Of a stretch of DNA of 64,000 bases, positions 27,469-38,349 are shown piece by piece. Below the pieces are notes generated by a model. That model was not told the origin of the DNA and made no database searches. It was given only the letters and a program-made list of their open reading frames with translations. The translations under genes and the position numbers were made by a program. The DNA comes from an uncultured Acidobacteriaceae bacterium (GTDB lineage Bacteria > Acidobacteriota > Terriglobia > Terriglobales > Acidobacteriaceae): the NCBI GenBank assembly GCA_963782775.1, contig CAWALE010000008.1:172619-236618 (forward strand), written 5' to 3'. Each line of letters starts with the position of its first letter. The stretch's first letter is position 1.

Positions 27469-28834
27469 GTAGCGCGCCCTCCGTCTTACCGATTACTGCG
27501 GCTGCCATGCAATTGCCGACAACATTCATCATCGTCCGGCCCATGTCCATCAGCGTGTCCACCCCAAGAATCAGCAGAATGGGCGCAGTCGGCAGATGCA
27601 CAGCACTCGCAGTAGCCAGCAACACAACCAGCGACGCGCGCGGAACTCCGGCGATTCCCTTACTCGCCGCCATCAACACCAGAACCACCGCGATCTGCCG
27701 TCCAAACGTGAGATGAATCCCTGCAGCCTGCGCGACGAACACCGCTGCCATCGAGAGATACACACTGCCGCCCGTCATGTTGAAGCTGTAGCCCGTGGGA
27801 ATGACAAACGAAACGATCCAGCGAGGCACGCCGAACTCCTCCATACGCTCCATCGCCAGTGGAAGAGCAGCCTCTGAAGTCGTCGTCGCAAAGCCAATCG
27901 CCGCAGGCTCGCCCACAGCCCTGAAGAACTTGCCCAGTGGAACTCGAAAAGCCGCCATGACCGGAATCATGACGAGAACAGCGAAGGCCGTCAGCGCGAC
28001 GTAGTAAGTCACGACCAGCTTAGCCAACGGAAGAAGCGTCGCCAGCCCCGTGTTGCCGACGGTATACGCGATGGCTGCTCCGGCCGCTAGCGGCGCGAGG
28101 TACATGATGAAGCGCGTCATCTGGAACATCACGTCAGCAAGCGACTGCAGCACCGAAACCAGGGGCGCGCGCTTCTGATCCGGCAGCATGGCCAATGCCG
28201 ATCCGAAAAGAATCGAGAAGATCGCAACCTGAAGAATCTGGTTCTGCGCCACCGCCTCGGCAATGTTGTTCGGAAACAGGTTGAGGATGATCTGTTGCCA
28301 CGTCTGCGGAGCCTGCGCAACAACCGGCGCTCCGCCTTCGAGGCCAGCGGGAATCACAATCCCCCATCCCGCTCCGGAAATATTCATGGCAGCAACGCCA
28401 ATGACCAGGCCAAGCGTGGTGACCACTTCAAACAGTATTAATGCTTTGATCGCAACCCGGCCCACCGAGCGCAGTTCGTTGTGGCCCGCAATGCCCGTCG
28501 TAATCGTGGCAAACAACAGCGGCGCAACGATCATCCTGATTAATCGCAGAAACAGATCGCCGGGCAATCGCGCCTGCGCAGCCACATGGGGAGCATCAAG
28601 ACCAAGCTCCACGCCGGCAATCATCGCGAGAAACGTCCAGGTCATCAACGATGGTTTTCGAACCGCGAAGACAACGAAGCATACGATCCCAATCCAGCGA
28701 AGCGTCTCGCCCCCACCGGGGAGATGCGCGAGTGAGAGAGCAGCGCCAGCGGTAACCAGTAGCGCACCTGCAACCGCAACTACTCGCGCGATGCGGTCCT
28801 CGCTGTTCGTGCGTGTTGTTGTGGAAGTCGCCAT
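27434..28834 (-). CDS. Dicarboxylate/amino acid:cation symporter (DAACS; GltP/DctA family)
   Basis: 'FLRLIRMIVAPL', 'FATTTSEAALP', 'PTGYSFNMTG', 'SKG.AGVP', 'MDMGRT..NVVGN'. Confidence 0.95.
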   Translation of the reverse strand: MATSTTTRTNSEDRIARVVAVAGALLVTAGAALSLAHLPGGGETLRWIGIVCFVVFAVRKPSLMTWTFLAMIAGVELGLDAPHVAAQARLPGDLFLRLIRMIVAPLLFATITTGIAGHNELRSVGRVAIKALILFEVVTTLGLVIGVAAMNISGAGWGIVIPAGLEGGAPVVAQAPQTWQQIILNLFPNNIAEAVAQNQILQVAIFSILFGSALAMLPDQKRAPLVSVLQSLADVMFQMTRFIMYLAPLAAGAAIAYTVGNTGLATLLPLAKLVVTYYVALTAFAVLVMIPVMAAFRVPLGKFFRAVGEPAAIGFATTTSEAALPLAMERMEEFGVPRWIVSFVIPTGYSFNMTGGSVYLSMAAVFVAQAAGIHLTFGRQIAVVLVLMAASKGIAGVPRASLVVLLATASAVHLPTAPILLILGVDTLMDMGRTMMNVVGNCMAAAVIGKTEGALPTSLPADELQV

Positions 28835-28840
28835 CGTGAT

Positions 28841-30040
28841 CTATTGCGCCGCCGGACGCTTCAGCTTCATCGCCTCGGCAGTCACATCTGTATATTTCAG
28901 TCCCGCGCCAGTATTGAACAGCACCACCCGATCACTCGGCTTTAGGTATCCATTGGCCAGCAGCTTGTCGTATGCCGCGGTAACGCTGGCGCCCTCCGGT
29001 GAAAGAAAGATGCCTTCATTCCTTGCCCAGTCCAGTATCGACGCAAGAATCTCGTCATCGGTAACTGCCATCGCCAGCCCATCCGATGCCCGCACAATGT
29101 CCAGAATGATCGAATCGCCGTACGGCTTCGGCACGCGCAGTCCCGCGGCAAACGTTGCCGCATCCTGCCACATCGTGCTCGCCTTTGCGCCCTCGTCGAA
29201 AGCGCGCACCACCGGCGCGCAGCCTGATGACTGCACCGCAATCATCTTCGGCCGCTTGCCCGGTCGCACCCAACCCAATTCTTCCATCTCCTCGAATGCC
29301 TTCCACATCCCGATCAGGCCCACGCCTCCGCCGGTTGGATAGAAAACCGAGTCAGGATACTCCCAGCCAAGTTGCTCCACCAACTCGTAGCCCATCGTCT
29401 TCTTGCCCTCGACTCGAAACGGCTCCTTCAGCGTCGAGATGTCGAACCAACCCTCCTGCTGCTTCCGCTCCTGCACGATGCGCGCACAGTCTGAAATCAA
29501 TCCGTCAACCAGTTCCACATGCGCGCCATAAGCGACTGCCTCAACATAGTTGGCGAACGGCACATCGAGCGGCATGAAGATATGCGCTTCGATCCCCGCG
29601 GCGGCTGCATAGGCCGCCAGGGCACCTGCCGCATTCCCGGCAGACGGCACAGCGAGCTTGCGCAAGCCATAGTGTTTCGCCATCGTTACTGCCATCGCCA
29701 ACCCACGCGCCTTGAAAGTACCGGTAGGATTCGTACCCTCTTCCTTAACAAACGCACCCGGGTACCGCGCGCTTTTGAGCATCGGCGTCCATCCCTCGCC
29801 AAGCGTTACCGGCTCGACATCAGGAAGCACCGAACGATAGCGCCACATGCCGGCCCACGGCCCCTCCGCATCCCTAGCGATCACGTCGCGTGGATTGCTC
29901 CCTTTCAGATTGGAAAGGTCATATCGAACGAAAAGCGACCCGGCTGGCTGAGTCGTGCATCGCTGGCAGACTGTCTGCGGAGTTTCGGCAGAGGTGTGCG
30001 CATGGCAGCGCGAGCACTCAAGATAAGCAATTGGCGGCAT
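28841..30040 (-). CDS. thrC: Threonine synthase (PLP-dependent, fold II)
   Basis: N-terminal CxxC/CxxC; 'TLGEGWTP', 'NPTGTFKARG', 'SAGNA', 'EGKKTM', 'PTGGG', 'FNTGAGLKY'. Confidence 0.8.
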   Translation of the reverse strand: MPPIAYLECSRCHAHTSAETPQTVCQRCTTQPAGSLFVRYDLSNLKGSNPRDVIARDAEGPWAGMWRYRSVLPDVEPVTLGEGWTPMLKSARYPGAFVKEEGTNPTGTFKARGLAMAVTMAKHYGLRKLAVPSAGNAAGALAAYAAAAGIEAHIFMPLDVPFANYVEAVAYGAHVELVDGLISDCARIVQERKQQEGWFDISTLKEPFRVEGKKTMGYELVEQLGWEYPDSVFYPTGGGVGLIGMWKAFEEMEELGWVRPGKRPKMIAVQSSGCAPVVRAFDEGAKASTMWQDAATFAAGLRVPKPYGDSIILDIVRASDGLAMAVTDDEILASILDWARNEGIFLSPEGASVTAAYDKLLANGYLKPSDRVVLFNTGAGLKYTDVTAEAMKLKRPAAQ

Positions 30041-30114
30041 CGATTTGGAAGGCTCCAGATACAGATTAGCGGTTCGAAGGCAAATTGGTGCTTCGCCTGG
30101 GTGAGTGAGATCGG

Positions 30115-31752
30115 CTAAAACTTCGCTTCGAATTCTCGAAATCGCCGCTCCAGTTCCCACTGCGCAGCCGCCTTCTCGTTCGAGTCAAGAAAGCTCTTGC
30201 AGGCGGCAGACGGCTTCGGGCCGCCGAGAATCTGTCCCTTGCATGCCGCTGCTGGAGCACTGAAGACATCAGCCGCAGCCCACAGGCTCTCTCCCGGCAG
30301 GAAATTGTGCTCCATCCCAGTTCGCGCCAACTGCTTCAGATCTGCGTAGCTCAGATGGTAGTCATTCGCCGCTCTCACATATTCATGAGTTAGTTCAATG
30401 CGGCTCACGCCCTGGTCATCCGTTGAGAGCGCTACCGGCACGTGTGCTGCGCGATAGTACTCGAATGGGTGCTTGTTGCCCGTGATTCCGAGAATTCCCT
30501 CATTCGAGCTCAGGTTGATCTCGACCATCACATGCTTCTTCGCCATCTCTTTCAATAGTCCGGCAGCATCGTTCTCATACATCGCATCCACACCGTGCCC
30601 AATGCGCTCCGCATGACCGATCTCCACTGCCTGGCGGACATGAAACTTCATGCCTTCCGGTGGAACCATGCCCGGTGCGAGTTCGCCCGCATGCAGCGTA
30701 ATGTGCACCTTTGGATAAAGACCGTGCAGATACTCCACCATCTTCATGTGCAGCGAGTAGTCACGCATCGCGACCATGTAGTCTTCCGGCTGCACGAAGT
30801 TGATGCCGACCCAATCATCTGAACCTTGTTCGATCGCCTGCTGCACCGTCTCAAATCCCAGCAATGTCTGCGCGAATACCTGCTCGGGAGAAAACGCGCG
30901 CAGAACCTGGTAAATAAAACGCACCTGCACCCGGCATGCACTCGCAGCCTGCGCCGTTCCGCAATGCTGAATCTCATTGCGCGAATCAATCGCCGACTTA
31001 ATTTCCTTGCGGTCCGTCGCGATTTCATCCCGCAGCCCATGATCCAGCAACGCCTGCCGCATCTGCGCAAGGTCTGGATTGAATCCCAATTCATGCGCAA
31101 TCCGCGCCGCATGCCCGAAGCTCGGAGTTTCCATCAGCTCAAGGTATTGGTTGTTCTCGGCGTCGGAACGCCTGGTAATCTCATCGAGCCACAGGCCCGT
31201 ATGGCTTTTGTCCAGCCCGCCAAAGCGATCAAACGTAGAAAAGAATTGATCGTGCCCGCTGTAGCTGGGCGTCGGCACGAAGTTGCGCATCGAGAACGCG
31301 TCGACCACACGGTCATACAAACTCTGTTGCGCCGGAGTCAGACTGCTTCCGTTTAATGAACTCGCCGGAATCAGAGGCGGTGCGCAGGGCTCTTTCACTA
31401 CCTTTCCGGATTCGTTGCGCGCAAAATCCAGCTTCGCGGGATCGATGCATACCTTGTCCTCGGCAGCCACGCGGATCAGCGTCTCAGCGTATACGCCCGC
31501 TCCGAGGTGGAAGTGCAGATCGGCCCCTTTGGGAAAATCCGCTAAAAAGGCCTGCACCGCGAGAGGCCCCTGCTGAACCGCGGCCTGATACGCGCGTGCT
31601 GCACGTGCCTCGGACCCATTTGCCGCAACCCCAGAAGAAGGCGACGCCCCAACCGGGGTGGCAGCCGAAATGCCCGGAAACGGAGAACAGAGAAGCGTTG
31701 CACAGAGCGGGACCGTAGCCAGGCGGATGAAGATTGCTGTTGGATTGCGCAT
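30115..31752 (-). CDS. Exported adenosine deaminase (ADA2/ADGF-like)
   Basis: N-terminal signal-like segment; 'PKGADLHFHL', 'LHAGEL', 'RIGHG', 'STDD'. Confidence 0.85.
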   Translation of the reverse strand: MRNPTAIFIRLATVPLCATLLCSPFPGISAATPVGASPSSGVAANGSEARAARAYQAAVQQGPLAVQAFLADFPKGADLHFHLGAGVYAETLIRVAAEDKVCIDPAKLDFARNESGKVVKEPCAPPLIPASSLNGSSLTPAQQSLYDRVVDAFSMRNFVPTPSYSGHDQFFSTFDRFGGLDKSHTGLWLDEITRRSDAENNQYLELMETPSFGHAARIAHELGFNPDLAQMRQALLDHGLRDEIATDRKEIKSAIDSRNEIQHCGTAQAASACRVQVRFIYQVLRAFSPEQVFAQTLLGFETVQQAIEQGSDDWVGINFVQPEDYMVAMRDYSLHMKMVEYLHGLYPKVHITLHAGELAPGMVPPEGMKFHVRQAVEIGHAERIGHGVDAMYENDAAGLLKEMAKKHVMVEINLSSNEGILGITGNKHPFEYYRAAHVPVALSTDDQGVSRIELTHEYVRAANDYHLSYADLKQLARTGMEHNFLPGESLWAAADVFSAPAAACKGQILGGPKPSAACKSFLDSNEKAAAQWELERRFREFEAKF

Positions 31753-32014
31753 CGTTGCTCTCAAGTGTAAGGCGTCATCACCCCGCTCCGCACTCTCATT
31801 CTTGCAATCTCGTTTCGAGTAACTCTCTTCAAACCAACGCGGTTTCCGCATTCTGCAAATGAATGTCCGGCCGTAAGCGGCTCTCGTTGGGAACAGACAC
31901 ACTCCGTCCTTGAATCTGCATCAAAAAAAGAGAGCGCAATTGCGAGAATTGGTCGAGGATTTACCGACCTTTCAACGGGCCAGCGCAAAATGCCATAAGG
32001 TCGGTTAACAACGC

Positions 32015-32902
32015 ATGGGGATATCTTCGGCCGCCTTCAACCAGCAGGTCTCAAGGCGTTCTTTCCTTGTAGGAGCACTATACGGCGCTGGCGGCCTTGC
32101 GCTGTATGCGGGCGAGGTAGAGCGGCATTGGCTCGAAGTCGTCCACAAGGACATCGGGATCAATCGCCTGCCGCCTGATTTTGACGGGTTGAAAGTTGCC
32201 CAACTAAGCGACATCCATCTGGACGAGTTCACCGAACCGTTTCTCTTGCGGGAAGCCATCGATGAAATCAACCGGGCTCGTCCCGACGTGGTCCTGCTTA
32301 CGGGCGACTATGTCAGTTCAGAGGTGCTGCCACACCGCCTCACGGTCGAAGCGGCGTGGCAGTGCGGCAAGCTGCTGGGCCAGCTCGAATGCAAACAGCG
32401 ATACGCCATCTTTGGAAATCATGATATTTGGGCAGGCGAACACCACGTTGGCGATGCGCTTCAATTCAACGGCATCATCCTCCTTCGAAACTCGTACCTT
32501 CCGTTAGAGCGTGGCGCAGGACGCATCTGGCTCGCCGGGCTCGATGATCCGGTTTGCGGGCAGCCGGACGCTAACCTGGCAATTCCGCCTTCCATTCGAA
32601 ATATCGCCACCGAGCCAATCCTGCTGATGTGTCACGCACCAGATTATGTCGATGAGTTGCAGAGGCACCCGGCGGGTCAGGCTGTTTCTCTCATGCTGAG
32701 CGGCCACACACACGGCGGCCAGATTTGCCTTCCCTTCGTTGGTCCCCTCCGTCTTCCACCCCTAGGGCGCAAATACGTTGAGGGACTATTCCAGTTGGGG
32801 AAGACGAAGCTTTACGTGAATCGCGGCATTGGTAGCGTGGGAGTGCCTTTCCGCTTCGATTGCCGCCCTGAGATTACTGTCTTCACACTCCACTCGATTT
32901 GA
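32015..32902 (+). CDS. Metallophosphoesterase (YkuE/YaeI-like) with a Tat-type signal
   Basis: 'SRRSFL'; motifs 'SDIH', 'TGD', 'GNHD', 'LSGHTHGGQ', 'VNRGIG'. Confidence 0.92.
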   Translation: MGISSAAFNQQVSRRSFLVGALYGAGGLALYAGEVERHWLEVVHKDIGINRLPPDFDGLKVAQLSDIHLDEFTEPFLLREAIDEINRARPDVVLLTGDYVSSEVLPHRLTVEAAWQCGKLLGQLECKQRYAIFGNHDIWAGEHHVGDALQFNGIILLRNSYLPLERGAGRIWLAGLDDPVCGQPDANLAIPPSIRNIATEPILLMCHAPDYVDELQRHPAGQAVSLMLSGHTHGGQICLPFVGPLRLPPLGRKYVEGLFQLGKTKLYVNRGIGSVGVPFRFDCRPEITVFTLHSI

Positions 32903-33069
32903 ACAACCGGAAGAGTCCTGGCTCATCGAAGTGACCCCCAGGTCAGTCCCTTTTGATTCTGATGGCCGGAACGAAGCATAAATATTCTGATGGCGTTCAA
33001 GGCTGCGTATGATAGACCGGAAGTGAGCTAAAGGAAGTACGCGAATTCCTCGCCTGAGTCGTGCCATCC

Positions 33070-33900
33070 ATGAAGACCCTTTTGATCTCCGATCCCGTTC
33101 GCTATCCGCGCATGACAACTCAAGAGCTTCGTGAGTCATTTCTTATCAACGGCCTTTCGCGCCCCGGAGGAATTCATCTCACGTATGTCGATCTTGACAG
33201 GGCAGTAGTTGGAATCGCATCTCCATTGGATCGACCGATTGCGTTGGAGAGCAGTCCCGAGCTAAGGGCAGCATCCTTCACGGAACGGCGAGAGCTTGGG
33301 GCGCTGAATATCGGCGGCGAGGGCCTCGTTCATGTCGGAAACTCTTCGTACCCGCTCCAGAACCTTGATTTGATCTACATCGGGCGTAACAACCCCGAGA
33401 TTCGTTTTGAATCGAAGTCGAAGGACACTCCGGCAGTCTTTTATCTCCTGAGCTATCCCGCGCACACGCCTTACCCTGTGACGGTCGTCAAGAAGGAAGA
33501 TGCGCAGCCGACGGAAATCGGAAGCTCCGCGCAATCCAATCGGCGCACGATTTATAAGTACATTCACATGGCTGGCGTGAAGAGCTGTCAGCTCGTGATG
33601 GGTGTAACTCATCTGCATGAAGGCAGCACCTGGAACACGATGCCTGCGCACACTCACATGCGTCGGTCTGAGGTCTACTTTTACTTCGACGTCGCAGAAA
33701 GCGCGCGTGTCTTCCATTTGATGGGGCCGGCCGAAGAGACGCGACATATTGTGGTTGCCGACCGCGAGGCCTTGGTTTCACCAGGATGGTCTATTCATGC
33801 CGGTGTGGGTACCCAGGCTTACAAATTCTGCTGGGGTATGGGCGGGGAGAACCAGGACTATGCTGATATGGACCCGGTGAATCTCGCAGATATGCGTTAG
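33070..33900 (+). CDS. kduI: 5-dehydro-4-deoxy-D-glucuronate isomerase
   Basis: 'ERRELGALNIGG', 'SCQLVMG', 'WNTMPAHTHMRRSEVY', 'SPGWSIHAG', 'MGGENQDYADMD'. Confidence 0.95.
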   Translation: MKTLLISDPVRYPRMTTQELRESFLINGLSRPGGIHLTYVDLDRAVVGIASPLDRPIALESSPELRAASFTERRELGALNIGGEGLVHVGNSSYPLQNLDLIYIGRNNPEIRFESKSKDTPAVFYLLSYPAHTPYPVTVVKKEDAQPTEIGSSAQSNRRTIYKYIHMAGVKSCQLVMGVTHLHEGSTWNTMPAHTHMRRSEVYFYFDVAESARVFHLMGPAEETRHIVVADREALVSPGWSIHAGVGTQAYKFCWGMGGENQDYADMDPVNLADMR

Positions 33901-34032
33901 GCAAGGTTGGCTCCTCTTCTGAATAGAATCCTGCTAACGATCATCGGGGCTTTCGCGGGCTTCGTGGCGAGGGCTTTTTCAACTGGTTTGAAATCTCACT
34001 CGGCGCTTCGCCGAGCCGTGATAGAAGGAGAC

Positions 34033-36552
34033 ATGCTCAAGATTCCCTTCCTGGCCCTGCTGCTCATCCCCCTTCTCACGTTGGCGCAAAGTGCGAAACC
34101 GGCAGCCGCACCGGGTGAGCCGACGGCTCCGCCAAGCATTCACGAAAAGACAGCCGGAATGAAGCACCTCGATGGCTTCATTCCGCTTGACTGGGACGCA
34201 CGAACTGGGAAGCTTTACCTCGAGATTCGCCTCCCCGGAACGGATGGCAGGAGTTCCGATTTCATCTACGCGACTTCATTGCCCTTCGGTACGGGATCGA
34301 ATGATCTGGGCCTCGACCGCGGGCAGGTAACAGAGGGACGCATTGTTCGATTTGAGCGCAGTGGACCCAAGGTGCTGCTGGTCCAACCGAATCTCGCATT
34401 TCGTTCGTCAAGCAACGATGCGAATGAACAACTGGCGGTCACGCAATCGTTCGCCCAGTCTGTATTGTGGGGATTTACAGTTGCCGCGGAGTCGTCAGAT
34501 GGCTCAGTGCTGGTGGATGCCACAGATTTCTTCTTGCACGATGGACACGGTGTAGCAGATCGGCTGACGAATCTAAAGCAAGGCACGTATCGCGTTGACG
34601 CATCGCGGTCGGCAATTGCGCTCGACAACACGAAGGCATTCCCAAAGAACACTGAAGTCGAGGCTGAGCTCACGTTCACGACAGATGCTCCACCCAAAGG
34701 TGAGTTTGTCGCCGACGTTACGCCAGACCCGCACGCGATGACAGTGCGCGAACGAACGTCGTTTATCGAATTACCTCCCCCGGGCTTTGTGTCGCGTCGA
34801 TTCAATCCACGCGCTGGCTATTTCCCGGCCAGCTATCGCGACTACACTGCCCCGCTGGGCGAGCCGCTCGATCAACTTTTCATCATTCGCCACCGCCTTA
34901 TCAAGCAGGATCCCAATTGCGCCGCCGACTGCAAACCTGTTGCGCCTATCCAGTACTACGTGGATCGCGGCGCGCCGGAGCCGGTTCGTACCGCACTGGT
35001 TGAGGGCGCACGCTGGTGGGACCAGGCATTTGAGGCCGCAGGGTGGGCAAAGGGAACCTTTCGCGTGGACCTTCTTCCCGACGGCGCCGACCCCATGGAT
35101 GTCCGCTACAACATCATCCAATGGGTGCACCGCTACACACGCGGGTGGAGTTATGGTGGGGCCATCGCAGATCCACGCACCGGTGAAATCATCAAGGGCA
35201 ACGTGACGCTAGGGTCTTTGCGCGCTCGCCAGGACTATCTGATTGCGGAAGCACTCTTGTCTCCTTATGGGGACTCGACTTCAGGCGGGGCGACCAAACC
35301 CGCAGACAATCCGATGCTGCAGATGGTGCTGGCACGCATTCGGCAATTGTCGGCACACGAAACTGGGCACACCCTCGGGCTGGCGCACAACTTTGCGGCA
35401 TCCACGGTAAAGCAGGGCGACAGCGTGATGGACTACCCGCACCCGTACATTACGCTCGATAGCAATGGGCATGTCGATGTGTCGCACGCATATGCAACCG
35501 GTATCGGTGATTGGGACAAGGTGGCCGTTAACTATGGCTATCGCGAATTCGGCGCGCACACGACCGCCGGCGAGCAGAGGACTGCGCTCGACAAGATTCT
35601 CACTGATGCCGATCATGCGGGTCAGGTTTTCATCACAGACGAGGACGCACGGCCATTCGGCTCTGCGCATCCCCGCGCACATTTGTGGGATAACGGCAAC
35701 GATCCCGCGGCGGAGCTGGATCGTGTGCTTGCAGTGCGTGCGGCAGCGCTGAAGAATTTCGGTGAAAACGCGATCAAGCCGGGCACGCCGATGGCGCAAC
35801 TGGAGCAGAGCCTGGTTCCGCTTTACCTGTTTCACCGTTACCAGACTGAGGCTGCGATCAAGGAAATCAGCGGGCTCGATTATCGCTACAACTTGCGTGG
35901 CGACGGTCTCGCAAATCCCACGGTCTTTGATCCTGCGCGGCAGAAGAAAGCAATTGACGCCGTGCTGAAGACGCTGAAACCCGAGACGCTGACGCTGCCG
36001 GAGTCGATTCTTCGGCTGTTGCCCCCGGTTCCACCGGGTTATCCGCGCACGCGAGAATCGTTTCCTTCACGTACGGGGCTGACTTTCGATCCGATCGCTG
36101 CCGCCGAATCGGCTGCGGACCTGACTCTCACGGTCCTGCTGGACCCAGCACGCGCCAGCCGAATCGTTGAATACCATATGCGGGTTCCGGCCTCGCCGTC
36201 GCTGCGGGTTATGCTTGAATCGATTTCGTCGACTGTCGCCGAGCGCCCCGAGTCCGGTCACAGCATGTCTTCAGAGGTGGAGCGCGCAGTGGAGTTTCGC
36301 GCGGTAGAAGCGATGCTGGCGCTGGCCGTCAATCCGTCAGCTTCAAGCCAGGTGCGAGCCATCGCGCACTGGCATATTCGCGACATTCTCAAGCAGTGGA
36401 CCTCTACTCCGGCGCCGCAGGATTTGGCCGAGGCGATCCATCGTGCAGCGCTTATCGATCGGATTGAGAGGTTCGAGCGCGACCCGGACAAGTTCGTACC
36501 CGCGAAGCCCGTTGAAGCTCCTCCGGGAATGCCGATCGGGGATGACGAGTAG
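34033..36552 (+). CDS. Exported zinc-dependent metalloprotease (DUF5117/DUF4953, EcxA-like)
   Basis: GGAG RBS and signal peptide; 'HETGHTLGLAHNF' (HExxHxxGxxH); Met-turn 'SVMDY'; 'DPRTGEI'. Confidence 0.9.
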   Translation: MLKIPFLALLLIPLLTLAQSAKPAAAPGEPTAPPSIHEKTAGMKHLDGFIPLDWDARTGKLYLEIRLPGTDGRSSDFIYATSLPFGTGSNDLGLDRGQVTEGRIVRFERSGPKVLLVQPNLAFRSSSNDANEQLAVTQSFAQSVLWGFTVAAESSDGSVLVDATDFFLHDGHGVADRLTNLKQGTYRVDASRSAIALDNTKAFPKNTEVEAELTFTTDAPPKGEFVADVTPDPHAMTVRERTSFIELPPPGFVSRRFNPRAGYFPASYRDYTAPLGEPLDQLFIIRHRLIKQDPNCAADCKPVAPIQYYVDRGAPEPVRTALVEGARWWDQAFEAAGWAKGTFRVDLLPDGADPMDVRYNIIQWVHRYTRGWSYGGAIADPRTGEIIKGNVTLGSLRARQDYLIAEALLSPYGDSTSGGATKPADNPMLQMVLARIRQLSAHETGHTLGLAHNFAASTVKQGDSVMDYPHPYITLDSNGHVDVSHAYATGIGDWDKVAVNYGYREFGAHTTAGEQRTALDKILTDADHAGQVFITDEDARPFGSAHPRAHLWDNGNDPAAELDRVLAVRAAALKNFGENAIKPGTPMAQLEQSLVPLYLFHRYQTEAAIKEISGLDYRYNLRGDGLANPTVFDPARQKKAIDAVLKTLKPETLTLPESILRLLPPVPPGYPRTRESFPSRTGLTFDPIAAAESAADLTLTVLLDPARASRIVEYHMRVPASPSLRVMLESISSTVAERPESGHSMSSEVERAVEFRAVEAMLALAVNPSASSQVRAIAHWHIRDILKQWTSTPAPQDLAEAIHRAALIDRIERFERDPDKFVPAKPVEAPPGMPIGDDE

Positions 36553-36627
36553 ATTCCACTACTGGCCGCATCGATGAGATCACATCACAATTGCCAGGGC
36601 TGAACTGAGCACGGTCTTCCGGATGGT

Positions 36628-37653
36628 CTACGGTCCTGGCGAAATCTGATCCATCGGTAATTCCAATGCGAAAAGATTTGCATTTCCCTGATCTGCATGC
36701 GCCCAGATGCCGTGAAACGCCTGCTTCAATTCCGGGTGTTGTTGAACCAGCGCTGCCATTACGGAAGAAACCTGTGCCCGTGCTGAAGCGGGCGTTCGAA
36801 GCTGCGCCGCTTGCGTCGGGTTCGGTGTGTAATGAAGATCGAGGTCAAGCCCGCCAAACTCGGTTGTGGTATTGATCGCAGTGATATCGAAGGTCAAACC
36901 CTGCGCAGTAAGGATCATCGGAGTCGTTCCTGGAAAATCTCCAGGACGAGCTTTTTCGGCCTCCAACTGCAACTTCTGCAGATTTGGACTCGACAGAAAA
37001 TCCAACGGGCTCAGCAATTCCTCGGCTATACGGTAATAGAGCCACGCAGCCCAATTCGACTTTGTCTCCGCGTACTTGCGTGCGGAGACCCAATACCAAA
37101 GTCCGTCGTGATCGCCCTCGACCATCGGCTTGGCATAGAAGCCCGCTAACTGCCACTGATTCCCAGCCGTGCTGGCAAGAATAATCGAAATCTGTTGCGG
37201 CTTCGGCACACCCGTCGCGTGCAGAATCGCCAGTGCGTACATGCCGGGGGGTATTCCGTTGAATGTAAGCACGACAATCGGAGAGCCACAGAAGAATTGG
37301 GTTCGCTCTGCTCCAGCCTGATCTTTTGAGGCATCGAGCGCGTACACGTTATCCACCGTTATGGTCGCGTTCTGCACCATGGGTCTAAGACTCGTTACTG
37401 ACGAAGCAATGCCATCGAAGTCCGATGCAATTGCCGGGAGCGTTTTGGCGCGTAATCCCGCAACGTCTCCACTCTGCACGATTGCGATCATTGCCCGAGC
37501 TTGATTCGCAAGACTGTCTCGTTGCTGCGGGGGCATCTGCGACTGCGTAGAACAAGACGCTGCATTCACCTGGCTCGCCGAGAGAGCAAGAAAACCAAAT
37601 GTGAGCACAATTAGCGGAAGACCCCGCTCCTTTTTCACAATCGCCTTTCGCAT
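36628..37653 (-). CDS. Exported hypothetical protein
   Basis: Long ORF with a signal-like 'LPLIVLTFGFLALSASQVNA' segment; no recognised motif; start uncertain. Confidence 0.65.
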   Translation of the reverse strand: MRKAIVKKERGLPLIVLTFGFLALSASQVNAASCSTQSQMPPQQRDSLANQARAMIAIVQSGDVAGLRAKTLPAIASDFDGIASSVTSLRPMVQNATITVDNVYALDASKDQAGAERTQFFCGSPIVVLTFNGIPPGMYALAILHATGVPKPQQISIILASTAGNQWQLAGFYAKPMVEGDHDGLWYWVSARKYAETKSNWAAWLYYRIAEELLSPLDFLSSPNLQKLQLEAEKARPGDFPGTTPMILTAQGLTFDITAINTTTEFGGLDLDLHYTPNPTQAAQLRTPASARAQVSSVMAALVQQHPELKQAFHGIWAHADQGNANLFALELPMDQISPGP

Positions 37654-38349
37654 TACGCTTACCTCTTTCGCCTTCATTGGGAACATCAGCGATTCGCACT
37701 GCATACATAAGATGCGTCCACTGAGGCGATCGCCTTTTCGGGGCACGGAACTTTGTGAGAGATTTGGATGCTTACCAAGCCCCTTTTGGCCTTTTGCGAA
37801 TATGAAGCAGCCGGGCCATCCCAAGATATGAACCAGAAATCGGTTGGAGGACCGAGTAATTGCGTAATTCTTACCGGATCTTAATGGCAAGCGGGTAGTA
37901 ATTTCACGAATATTCAGGTCCCGAAACAGCCCTTAACTTTCGCTTTCAAAATAGGTTGTCGGAAGAAGTCAAACGTGAAATATTTTGTCTAACGATTTCC
38001 AGAATGGTTGCCTCACCGAGAAAGATTGTTTGGAATTGAGCTGTGGTTGAGCAATGCAACGGTATGACCTCTACAGTTCCAGGAAACGCCAAACCTTGCC
38101 GCTGATTGACTGCCAGCAGGCCGAGAACCCTGCAGGCTGCCTATGGTTGAACAAAGAGGTTGCTGGGTAGTACTCTCAGGCGATTGTCCGCCCTGTATCT
38201 CAGAACAGCCCATCACAATTTGACCTACCAGAACTCTTCCACAAGAGCGCGAAATGTTCTGTGCGAGAGAAGGCACGAAAGCGGGCGAAGATCGCTCTCG
38301 CTCGGAACTCAATCAAGCGAAAACCATTTCTCGACAGCAGAAGGTACTT

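Noticed and set aside
37654-38349. Riboswitch or ncRNA in the ~700-bp AT-rich divergent intergenic region
   Set aside because: No recognisable c-di-GMP or other motif and no convincing long stems. A minus-strand GG-N10-GC near 38101-38116 lacks the TGC -12 consensus.
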